From Perna viridis (taxonomy: Eukaryota), in assembly GCA_037379345.1 (NCBI GenBank), contig CM074518.1:46465586-46529585 (forward strand): a DNA stretch of 64,000 nt, read 5' to 3'. The translations under genes and the position numbers were made by a program. The notes below the pieces were generated by a model. The model worked only from the letters and a program-made list of their open reading frames with translations. It made no database searches and was not told the origin of the DNA. Shown piece by piece: positions 24,601-35,800 of this stretch. Position 1 is the stretch's first letter. Every line of letters begins with the position of its first letter.

Positions 24601-27600
24601 CATTTAACAAAATAGTGCTTATCTAGTTACTCTGAAAGTATTATTGTTCATGGGGTACAAGTTTTCATGGTTTTCGTGGGTTTGGTACACAACGAAAATT
24701 TGGTTCACAACAAAAAGGAAATTTCCCATTTGTTTGTATGATAAAGTTTTCAAACCCACTAATTCAAGAATCTACACGATTTTTTTTCCCACACCACAAA
24801 AACCGATACCCACAAAGTGCTTTTACAATATTTAAAGAATCAGTCTAATTATTTCATTCAGGCTTTAAGTTCTACAGCAGATTTTCTTGTATCTCAGAGT
24901 GTTGACCTATTTTTGTATCCTCTTTCTTTGGAAACATTTATATGTAACTACATACCAAAAAAAAGGAGTCAACCATAAAGTTTAGCTTCTATTATATACA
25001 AACAAGTTAACAACAAAAATTATAGTCTGCTACCTGCCGGAAAGGAGACAGAATTTGGACTAATTTTTATCCCGATATCAGAACAGACTTGAATTTCTGG
25101 TTTTGTGAACAGACCACCATCCAAAATAGTCATACAACATTATATAGACCCTAATTTGTAATAGTTGGACATACTGAGCTACAAGTAATGGCCTGAAGGT
25201 CAACATGTCATGTTACTCAGGGATCATATATATTCTTTCAAGAAATGGCAGCCCTCTCTCTGAGAAGTGAACAAAATAAATGTTTTCACAGAAGAAAACA
25301 GATACTTCTATTCATTGCAGATCAATGACAGGATTATCTTTTACTCGTTAGAGAAATTCTTGGGTCTTTTTGCTCGTTCCACTGCGATCCACTCATGAAA
25401 CAGACTTCAAACTTATGAAAGATAACCCAATCTTTAATCTTCACTCATGTAACAACCTATTATTTTTTAGTCACAAATATAACTTTGAAAATAACATGCA
25501 GAAATTGACTAGATTATAATTCTTGACACTGGGTATTTGTGAAAGCTGATAGACTCAAAAATAAAGAAAAAAGATATACCCATGATGTGCATCTTGTTGG
25601 TGAGGCATTTCATCAATATCTGCTGGGTTCAACACTGCTATGTGTTCTATAGACCATCTAAAGGCTTTCTGAAATATAAGACAGAATAAATGGATTATCT
25701 TTTTAAAATTTTGTGCTCAGAGGATGGATAGAAAGACAGAAAAGGTGGAATCTGTTGTACATCAGCCCCAGCAATGCAGACCCCTAATAAAATCTGTCTA
25801 AATCAAACCCTGAAAAAGCAGAAAAAAAAAATGCCTTAACCAGACAGCGTTTTTATGTCCCTTTATGAATAATTTCAATGTATTTTGAACCTTGGTATTA
25901 AAGCCAAACACTAATTAAAGGAGGTAGACCTGGGAGAAGGGACATAACTTTTGAAATCAGGGAAATGTATGCATGATATTAAGTATAACCAAAGCAACTA
26001 AAACTTATATTTGAAACAGAATAAAATCAATCCAAGTTACATTGATGCTTACACGAGATTGGTGTAAACTGCTGAATACAAGCGATCCAATGATTTGTAA
26101 GAGTTATGTCCCTTACCCTAGGTCTACCTCCTTAAACCAAACAAATTTTGAAGTTCATACGAGATTTCCTCTTGACATGTTTTACAGATTTTTTTTTCAG
26201 ATATTTGATTTACTGGTTCATGTATATGTACTTTTTTTTCAATTACCTAGGTCCAGGGTCAAGGAATTCATTGAGTCTTCATTGTGGGCTAATATTTTCC
26301 TCGACTGGACCATTGATTTTAAATTTGAAATGGTCCTGGACATTCCACCTTTGAAAGTAAATCTGGACCCTTGAAGTGTTTTGCAACTTTGTGCTTACCC
26401 TACCGGTGCACCTGGTCCATGCTTCCAGTTTTAAGTGGAGTCTGAGTTGCTCATTTGCTTTTGTTACTTTGTATGTATGATTTTAGTAACTTTATGTTCT
26501 TAGTTGCGTATGTGTTTTCCATGTCTGGTCTTTGTCCCTGGATTACATTCTTTTAATCACCGCTATAACCTTGGTTCCCTTGAATATTCTTACATGTATA
26601 AAATGAACTTTTTGAATTATCAAAACTATGCACGTGTTGTATAACAATAAATTTTTTACATAATGAATTTTATTGCGCTTGTAAAGTTTGAATTTAGTGC
26701 CAGTAGATTTACATAATTTTTTAAGACCACTTTTCATTTCTTCCTTGGGTGATCTCTAAATACAGGTTTGAATGTAATAAAAGTAAATTACAATTACAAT
26801 GTAATCAGGGATAATTTTACGAGGTCATCAAACAAAACTGAAATTGGCAAAATCAGAAATAAATAAACAGTAAAAAAAGAATCATTTCGGTAAAATCTGC
26901 TAAGAATTTCAATTAGCAGAATTATGTTAAAAAGTGGAAAAAAATCATTCCTGTGTAAATATAGTAAATTACAATTACAAAGTAGCATTACTCCATACCA
27001 GCATGATTCTGGTCCTGTGTAGACAGTAATACATGTACCTTTTCATCAGTAGCAGGAGTAGATCCAGCCACAGAGAATACTCCTGGGCTCATAAACATAT
27101 GACCCTCTAAATGTTCTACATCAAATTCGAATGGATTTTTGGGCTGCCTGAGTGGTATTTCTTTCATCACAGGACTTGCATTCTTGCCAGGTGTTCTATA
27201 CATAGGGTTCATCCCAGCTGGCGTAGCAGATAAAGGAGTATAACCCTTGTGGTATGGGCTGAGTACACTTTTCAGGTAGAGTTCATTCCTCGTTCCACTT
27301 CCTGGCATCTTGTGAGCTGGGCTTGGGCTAAATTAAACACAAATCATATTAAAATAAGTAATAACTGGCTAATAAATTATTTGCTTGCTATAAACCTATT
27401 TATTTTTGTGGTTGCTAATTTTCACGGATTCTGTCAAGCGAACATATTCGCAGGTATCAATTTTCACTAAATAAAAAAAATCATTAGCCTTTTGTATTGT
27501 CAAAATCAATTTCCCAGGTACTAGTTTTGACGGCTTTCTGTCCACATGAAAATAATGAAAATAGTTACACATATTTTTACTTTGTTTATGATTATTAACA

Positions 27601-28095
27601 TTTTCTTTGTTTCCAAGTAACAAAGTTTAAATTAATGAAATGAAAATATTTTTCATAACCATGATAGTAAAAATAAAATATCAATAATTCTTTATTTATA
27701 TACATTGTAGGTTATACATGTATATGAACATGTACCATTTATTAATTTTTCAATACATTTTTTTCCAGTTTAAAATGATACTGTTCTTGTCTTTAATCAA
27801 ATTTTTTTTTCTATACAGAGTATGTAAGTACATATATATAAACCCCACTGGAAGCTTACCTGGACATCATCAGAGGATGACCAAGCTTTTTACTGACTGG
27901 AGTTTTGATCCTTGGTATTGGACTACACATCATTTCTATATTGTGAAGTCCTTTACTGGGAGTCTCTATTTTGTGAAATCCTTTACTTGGAGTCTCTATG
28001 TTGTGAAATTCTTTATTAGGAGTCTCCATATTCTGTAGTCCCTTACTAGAAGGGGTATGGGTTATTTTAACTGGAGAGGACATCTCAGATTCCAT
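12648..28095 (-). CDS. BORA: Protein aurora borealis (Aurora-A/Plk1 activator), about 797 aa, 11 coding exons
   Basis: Phase-consistent GT-AG exons: 28095-27860, 27327-27039, 25668-25580, 24556-24447, (optional 23984-23910), 22004-21948, 20829-20709, 19277-19163, 18434-18311, 16904-16584 (alternative donor 16563), 14923-14102, 12757-12648. Diagnostic Bora motifs occur in order: KNPFE, MSPGVF, FRWSIEHIAVLNPADID, AQRAIDTYF..NLIVPSP, CQTMLSLPVDFD, SSLRRKLFF, QFSSSPI, and degron-like DTGYQT. Confidence 0.93.
12809..13025. mobile_element. TTAA-flanked (Kolobok-like) MITE; further copies at about 24212-24410 and 25915-26135
   Basis: TIR G(G/A)AGGTAGACCTAGGGTAAGGGA / TCCCTTACCCTAGGTCTACCTCC with TTAA or TTTA flanks. 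Three copies lie in BORA introns. Confidence 0.8.
20248..20638 (+). mobile_element. TTAA-flanked non-autonomous DNA transposon; other copies or ends near 7440, 13850-14075, 34620-34839 (inverted), 48863-49230, and related 57262-57675
   Basis: Ends GTAAGAATCAGGCA ... TTTGCCTGATTCTTAC. Colinear internal similarity with 48863-49230. Confidence 0.75.
22870..23420. mobile_element. Probable MITE in BORA intron
   Basis: Degenerate inverted ends TCAATGACTCATGAATATC / GATGTTTTATGAGTCAATGA and a CpG-containing core atypical of the surrounding intron. Confidence 0.45.
26392..26592 (+). mobile_element. 3' end of Penelope-like retroelement
   Basis: GCTTACCCTACCGGTGCACCTGGTCCATGC...TAACCTTGGTTCCCTTGA, near-identical to 42897-43082. 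More decayed copies near 19447, 31268-31395, 35955-36240, 44543-44720 and 44830-45000. Confidence 0.85.
27936..28055 (-). repeat. Coding 30-bp tandem repeat (4 units) in BORA first coding exon
   Basis: Units start at 27936, 27966, 27996 and 28026. They encode TPSSKGLQNME/TPNKEFHNIE/TPSKGFHKIE/TPSKGLHNIE. Confidence 0.9.
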
Positions 28096-28726
28096 ACTGA
28101 AAATAATATAATGCAATTTTAAAGGCAGTGATTTTGTTCCTTGTATTAAAAGCAGCCACAACAATTCATTTTTGGGAAATTTTTGCTGTACTTGTTTAAA
28201 AATCATTAGACAAGATGGTCATAAATAACTTACCCTGAGCAATAGTGAGAAGCATAATACTGCAAATATCATATCTACCCATGATTATTAATAGGATAAT
28301 CAATTGGAAAGAGTAATAACCAAAATATGATCACAAGTATCGAAAAACACCCAGATTTAACAAGTGTGCAGAACTTGTTCTGTGCAAGAGTTAAATCTCC
28401 ATGTGTTCTTGGCACAAGTGATCCTATTTTGGTTATTCACAATAAAACTTCGTGTACAGCGGATTAATAATCTGTCGTAACGTTTTGTGGTGTTCTGGCG
28501 GGAGAAAGTCCGAGTGAAATTACAGAATTTATTAAACAGTGTGAAATGTCTATTTTTTTTACACAGGGAACATAATAATGCAAATTGTGACCTCACCGGT
28601 TCTGATAAAAGATTTGATATCACCCGATGCTTCATAAAGTATATTAGATGACGTGTAATCATAGGTCCTTTGAAGTTGCTGCAACCCATATTAAATATTG
28701 TTAAAAGAAAAAAAGCTGACAAGAAA

Positions 28727-28982
28727 TAACAAGAAATCTGTGAGCGATGGCTCACTAGTGATACCCCTGTTTTCAGTCATAATTTAAGGAAAATAAACAA
28801 AGTTTTCGATAAACAGGAAGTTGTTGTCAAATTTTTCCCAAAATGAATCCCACCATCTGATATACCTAAAGGAATTCAAGTGCTGTGACAAGTATTTGCT
28901 GAGAAAACCGTGATAAAAAAAAATTGTTACGGACAAGGGTAAAACAGTATACCCCATCTCCTTTAGAGCTGGGGTATAAAAA
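28727..28982 (-). mobile_element. Helentron/Helitron-type non-autonomous element
   Basis: AACAAGAAATCTGTGAGCGATGGCTCAC hairpin at one end and AAAACAGTATACCCC...GGGGTATAAA at the other. The same end motif occurs at about 20150-20190. Confidence 0.5.
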
Positions 28983-31794
28983 ATTTTTGATTGTTATTGT
29001 TCTAGTACACTGGAGTTTCTGTTATCATGATGACAAATTTTGACTGAAAATTAAAACAATTATTACCTTCACTTCATTCAATATCATACTTCCATAGCTT
29101 TATAATTCTTCTCATTTCATTCTGCACTACATGTACATGCAATTTCTTTTATTATCATATTTACCTACAACAAGAATGACAATTACAAAATATCAAAATA
29201 ATATTTGAACATGACCACAGGTCCAGGACCCTATAAATTTCTGACCTAGGATGCGGACCTTTAGCTCTTCTTTTTCATGGACACTTCATTGAGGACTTCT
29301 GATTTTCCTCAGAAAATGGACCATTGCAATGAAACTTGGAGAAGTTCAAGACTGTCCACTCTACAAAGAAAAGTTCAACCCCTATTGCAATTTGACCTTC
29401 AAAAGATATACAAGTACATGTACTTTAAAAATCCTAAAAAATCTGAGCTTTTCATGTACTTGCCGACCTTAAAAAGCCAACGACTGTACACTTGTATGCA
29501 CTGTACCTCTTTATAGAGGAAGTTATCCTTTAGGCGCGTCACATGTCCTGTGATCATGACAACTTCAAATTTTGATTTGATATTTAGTTATTTTTCACAT
29601 GGGTAGATAAACTGTAGCAATCAGACTAAGGTGCTATAACATCCCATAAAAAACTTTCGGGATACAAATTGTATATTTTCAGTCCACATGTATTCCTATT
29701 ATCTCCAAAAAAAAATCCCAAAAAACTAGCATTTCTAACAATTTAAAGCAAAATGTAGTTTTTTATTGTATCATTAATCTAACATACATGTAACATGTAC
29801 AAATGTACATGTACTTCATTATTTAAGACGCACAGTATTTCTTTTGGTTTTTTTTCTGGATTTCGTTTTTGATGGAAGTTTTTTTGTTTATATGTTGTCC
29901 TTGGATTTTGATTTCTTGTTTTAATGATTTTGTCTCTTTTCATTATATTTTGATTTGATTTTTTAGATAGTTTTTAATACTCTGTTTACCTTAATAAAAG
30001 AACAGTTCTCCATCAATAATATTAGGAAACATCAAATGGTTTTCTTCACACAGGAAAACTATTGGGAATCAACCTAGGTCATATAGGCAGTTAAAACATG
30101 CATGGTTATCGGACTGATGTGGTTTAATGTCCTATGGCAGATATTTGAAGAATTTCATAAGGAGAAAATTTGACCAATCAAACGCACACTGCTTTGTACT
30201 ACATGAAGTTAGACATACTGGAAGGTTACATACATTTGTATAGCCCCCCCCCCCCCCACTTTTAGTATAAGGGATTCGGCCCGTTTTTTTTAAAGGGCAT
30301 GCAGTACTTCAGCATGGAAGTACTGAATGCAAGAGATTTCTTAAATTTGACCGGGTCCAAAATTAAGGCTATCATTTTTTCAATGTATGCTGGACTCGTG
30401 AGAATTACTGATCCAGATTTACAGTAGTACTATACAGTATGGTCAGTTCTGAAAATTTGGTCTCATATTGTTGAAATAAATCTGTCTTGTGGCAGTCAAG
30501 TAATTTAAATGTGCATAAGTGTATTTTTGTCATCAAAACCAGTAACCATAGTAACATACTGAACAAAATATTACTGAGTTTTAGTACAAATCAGGGGTGT
30601 CTTTCAAAAACTGACAGCCAAAATTTTGGATGCATGGAAGAGTTGGGAAATCTAGGTAAAAGTAATACCATCCTTTTGAATTCATGCAAAATTAGGTATT
30701 TGAAAATCAGCAGGCTGATGCTAAGGAGAGTACCTTATACTGCAGGGGACTGAAACATTCTGAATACCTTTCCCCGTTTAAATTACACTTGTTCACCTTC
30801 ACACATTTTACATCTGTCTACATGTATGTATAAATATTTACATTTAATCAATACATGTAAATTCACCAATTTTCGGCTATTAATTTCTAGTTCAACAAAT
30901 TTAGACTGGCTCAATTTTGTATATGAAACTGTGTGCCTACATGCAACAGTTTATTGTCCCCTTTCTTGTGCAAGCTCAGAAGCAATAGCCCACAGGCAGG
31001 AAAGTCCCCAAACTAGGACCTTTCATTTTTATTATGAACCAACCAGTTGTCAAGCTATCAATACAGCAAACTTGGCAAAAAAGCAGTGACTACAAACTAA
31101 AAGTCTATGGTGTGACCTTGATTGTCCCCATGACCTCCCATTGAGCATGCTCCCCCAAGACCACCAATGCAGAATTTATCTATAAGAATATTTTAGAGAA
31201 CCAAGATATGAGCAGAAATCAAAAGATTATGTTCCTAGATAAAGACTAGACTGGAAAAATTGATTGACACAAATAAGAACATAAAGTAACTAAAATTACC
31301 CGTACAAAATAACAATTTAACTCCACCAAGAAATGGGACATCAACCAGGTGCACCAGAAGAGTAAAATTCCTCTGCTTTTCAAGTACGCTCATAAAATGT
31401 CATGTGCAGATTTTATTACTTTTGTTGGTGGGGCCTTTCAGAGGTTGCTACATTTTGTAAATAGATTTGTTTACACAAGTTATTGAAGACTTTCACATGA
31501 CCACTGTAATTATTTGTTAGTTATAAAAAGGTTTTATGATGGTGCACTTGAAGTGTTTCACCATATCTCTTCCTTTTTCTAATGTGTGGGGTGACTAAAG
31601 AGGTAAGGAAAACTATGAAATGGTGAACGTACCAATGTAACCCTGTCCAGGAGGAAATTCTAATAAGTTTTAGCAAGGTACAAAAATTCTATATATATTT
31701 TACAAGCCCTGGCATAACATATGAGTTGTGAAATGAAAACTCCACACCCAAGTGCTGACAGGATGTTGCCACAGAAGAAAAGAAAGTTACAATA

Positions 31795-31931
31795 CTGCAG
31801 CCCTTTTCATAAAAAAAATCATAAGAGTAAAATTAGTCGTAAGTTGTGATGTCACAATACTTAACTCTATTATGACATCATAACTTACAACTAATTTTAC
31901 ACTTACGATTTTTTTGTGAAACGGACTGCAG
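31795..31931. mobile_element. Fully palindromic (hairpin) MITE
   Basis: CTGCAGCCCTTTTCATAAAAAAAATCATAAGAGTAAAATTAGTCGTAAGTTGTGATGTCA ... TGACATCATAACTTACAACTAATTTTACACTTACGATTTTTTTGTGAAACGGACTGCAG. Confidence 0.85.
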
Positions 31932-32299
31932 ATTGAGAAGTCACTGTGTTTTTTGTATAGTTTGGTCATGGGTTTTCTTTTTCCATCTCTAACGTAGGTG
32001 ATTCCCTATAGTGTCCTTCATCTTAAATTTATTGGGATAGGTCCTTGAATCTTCATGTATACAGCAGAAACTGGGATCAATGTACAAATGTATCTACCTA
32101 AACCATGTTCCTTCTTTTAGATCACATTGGCAATAAAGAAGTACCATAATTGTTTTTAAGCTTTTGAATTTCACGCTGTTCTCTCTTTAAACTGACACAT
32201 CAATATCAAAACAAAAAACTGAAGGGTTGAATTTGGAAGGTCAGCTGTAAATTCTTCACGCCCTGGACTTTACAGACGAATAAATCAATATTGTCTTAC

Positions 32300-32852
32300 T
32301 GACAATGATTATGAATGTTCGATTAATTTCAATGGCAATAATGACTTTGTCTTCTAAATGTCTCACATATCTCTTCGGCTAAGTATTAGTTTACGTTGGC
32401 TACGTAAAACAAAGTTCTCCCACTTTTGAAGGCTTTTTTGAATCGTATTCGTAACATTTTTAACTACGGACGTGTGGCTGAGCTCGGAAATGGAATATTT
32501 ATCCATCGAATTTTACAGGATTTGAAAACTAACTCTAATGTATTTGTGACAGTATACCAGTTTTTATGGGGTTTTTTTCAAGACGTAAACATGACAGGAA
32601 CAGGCTTGTCGTGTAAACAAATAGGAATTTAAATACCCGCCCTCACCTGAACCAATACAGAACACTTCCGGTTTAGATATGCAACACACAAATTTTGTGT
32701 AACTTTCATTAATGTTGCAAAAACCAACGTTTTTTTTAATTCCACTCTTAAATTAATACATCATAACACTTTGTCCATTTTGTAGCAACAACTCTTGATA
32801 TTCAATGCGATTTTGTTTAATTTTCGTGCTAAGCATGGTGCCGAACATAAAC
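32300..32852. promoter_or_regulatory. Putative bidirectional promoter and 5' UTRs of BORA (-) and MZT1 (+)
   Basis: A minus-strand donor (|GTAAGA at 32299) implies a non-coding BORA exon 1, which is needed because the ATG exon starts at an acceptor at 28096. Motifs: forkhead GTAAACA x2, CCCGCCC, CCAAT (32652), ETS ACTTCCGG (32664), several TTTGAA, YY1-like AACATGGCGG at the MZT1 ATG. Local CpG enrichment. Confidence 0.6.
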
Positions 32853-35800
32853 ATGGCGGACAGAGTTAAAAAGAAAAGTTCTTCAGCCAGAGAAACATTA
32901 GACAGTGTGTACTGTAGTAATCTCTTCTAAACCTTATTTTTATGAGCATTTAGAATTTGGTTTATTTGTTTTGTTTTTTATTGAAATTCCAAATTTTGAA
33001 TCTTCTTAATTAAACATATTTGGGATCTGTTTAGTCATTTAAATTTAGGGTACCTCGAAATTGAAAAGCAGAAAGACACTGTTAATAGCCGAAAGACACT
33101 CAATTTTTTTTAATTGTGGTATTTAGACCAAGAATATAATTATAAATGACCAAAATTAAGTGTAATGTTAACCTGAAATTTTTCAAAATGTATATAACCT
33201 TAAAGAATCTTATTTTAATTGTGCTAGATTGAACCTGGTGATATTACTGTACGCAACAATATGGCGACCATGAGTATCAATCAGGGTATTAGCATAACCG
33301 ATCGCTTTGTTGACTATACACAATTTATTTTGTGTTCAGTAGCTTGTACAATTAGTACAACATAGTAAAATGTAATACATTTCCTAAATATTGGCAAAAA
33401 ATACAAAAACAGTCTAATATTAGGTGTATTTCTGCATTTTCCACGCATCCTTCAGCTTTCACCGGTGTCTTTCAGCTAATGACGGTGTCTTTCTGCTTTT
33501 CGAGGTACCAGTGTAGGGTATATGTGTATAGTATAATTGAAAGATAAATTTCAGTTTTCATTTCTGTCAAAGTCTATGTATGTGTAAACTAGTATATTAA
33601 TCCATGGGCAATTTCAAGCTGACTTTTCATGCAGAATTTTGCAAAATTACCTTCATCACTGAATATCTATGTACAACTAAGAAGACCTGGATGTTGTGGA
33701 CGGGAAGACAGAGACCAAAGGAGGAGGACAGGATGAGACTGAGATTGTGGTGGAGTTTGGTAGCAAGATGGATGTGGAAGTGGACACTCAAAGTATTAAT
33801 GTGGAAAATGATGGAAGAAGATAAGAAAGTGCATTTTGTACACATACAAATGAGGAGAAGGCAGAAAATGTCCAGATTGTGAAGAGACGTTCAAACACTT
33901 GTTTCGGCATGCAACACAACATCTGTCTTGGTTTTGATATCCATCCACCGGCTGCCTCAGTTTACCTTAACTCTTCTCCAAATTCATCGTAGGGAACAAC
34001 ATTTGAATAAAGATACAACAGCAGAAATGTGGGTTTCCTAAACAAAAAAGTTAGTGGAAAATTACCTTTTGGCTCTGGGAATGAAGGTAAAATGTACGAC
34101 TTTGGCTCAACTGGGTGCCTATCCACTTGTAAATGACAACTCAGATTTAAAGACATCTTGTACTTGGAAAAAGTTTACAGACTCTGACATGGTCCTTTGC
34201 AGAGCTCTGAACACTCAACTAGAAAAATCCCTGGAAACTTTCAACCTTTTGGACTTTTCTGGACAATTTACTGTATTCTTGTTGGTTCACTTGAAAATTA
34301 CACCTTTTGGCTGGACAACCCCTGATGATGTTCACTCTCTTGAGTGAAGAGTTTGTGATCCCAGAGATTGACTTAGAACCTGAACCTTTTTAGATAATGG
34401 ATTCTCATATCCATTGGGATCATCTTCTTTCACCATCTCACATGTTTTTTTTATCTGACTGTCAGAAGTTTGATGATTTTTAGATGAGCAGCTCAACATT
34501 ACCAGGATTTTATAATAAGTTACTTGTTCTTCCCAATTTTTTGGCTCAAGAGGCAGGGAATCAATAATTTTGGCATTTACAATTGGGATTAAAATTATCT
34601 TTGGGTATCCATCGAAAAACAAAATACTTCAAAGATCTTAAGATTAAACAACAGATTTATTATTTTGAGAGGCAGTTGGAGCTGACTGCTGAGAATGATC
34701 GTACTGATGTGGAGAATCTTGTCTATTTTCCTTGATTCTGATGGTGCAAATAGGCAAATTTCACTATCAAAATGATGGGTTTTTTTTTTTCATACCATGT
34801 TTCACCGGCTGCCTGATTCTTACTGGAACTGACACTTAATGAGACATTTTTAACAGAAATATGATAAAAGGCACATGGCCCCCTCTAATGCTAAAGGGTA
34901 GGGAGTTACATTGCAGGCTATTTTAATATAGAATTCCATAATAAAAAAAAATCAGTCCAAAAAAATCTTTGAGTCAACAACAATTGTGTAGTTTAATACA
35001 ATGTATCTCACTTTCCCTCATAATGGAGACAGAATTGGATGAATCTTTAACACAATATGATATAATGGTAAAAGATTTAAAGGACTTGTCTATTGATGAA
35101 TTTACACTACCATCATGAGACCAAATATTATATTATAAGGACCTGATACAAAGTAATTTCATGTAATTGAAAAGTAATTAGTAATTGCATGCAAAAAGAT
35201 GGAAAATAGTGTATTACTTTCAATTACATGTAATAAAAAAAACCCACCTAATTACACATTACATTGAATTACTTTAAAAGTGTTATTAATTACAGCTAAT
35301 TTAAATTACATTTTTAATTTCCCCAGGTTCCCGTGCCAATACAGGATTTAGCCATCAAATACAGAATTTAGCATTCAATAGGCTTTTATCCATCCAATAT
35401 GTCATATTGGCCAAGTTGAGGTCAGTATTGGCCTAGGCCATTACGACCAACTGGACTAGTTAGTCAGTAAAGGTACATGTATAAGTGCATAAGATTTCCG
35501 AATTGGCTAGCGCCGGACCAATAACTTAGACAATATGAAAAACCTTACGCAATAATACTAGAATCTTGCTCAGCATATTTCTGCACTTTTAGACATAACC
35601 CCTGCAATTTTTTTGCAATGTGGTGGAGTATCATTTAATGTCCCATAAGATGCCTTATTTTTGATTTGAAGTTGCAATCCCCACTTTGTCTGAAAACAGA
35701 CGATCCACTTACATGTACAATCTGACAGTTCTTTTCTTACAATTTTAGAAACCAATAGAACTTTTGAGCTATCTTATAATGGAAAAGTTATGGCAATTTA

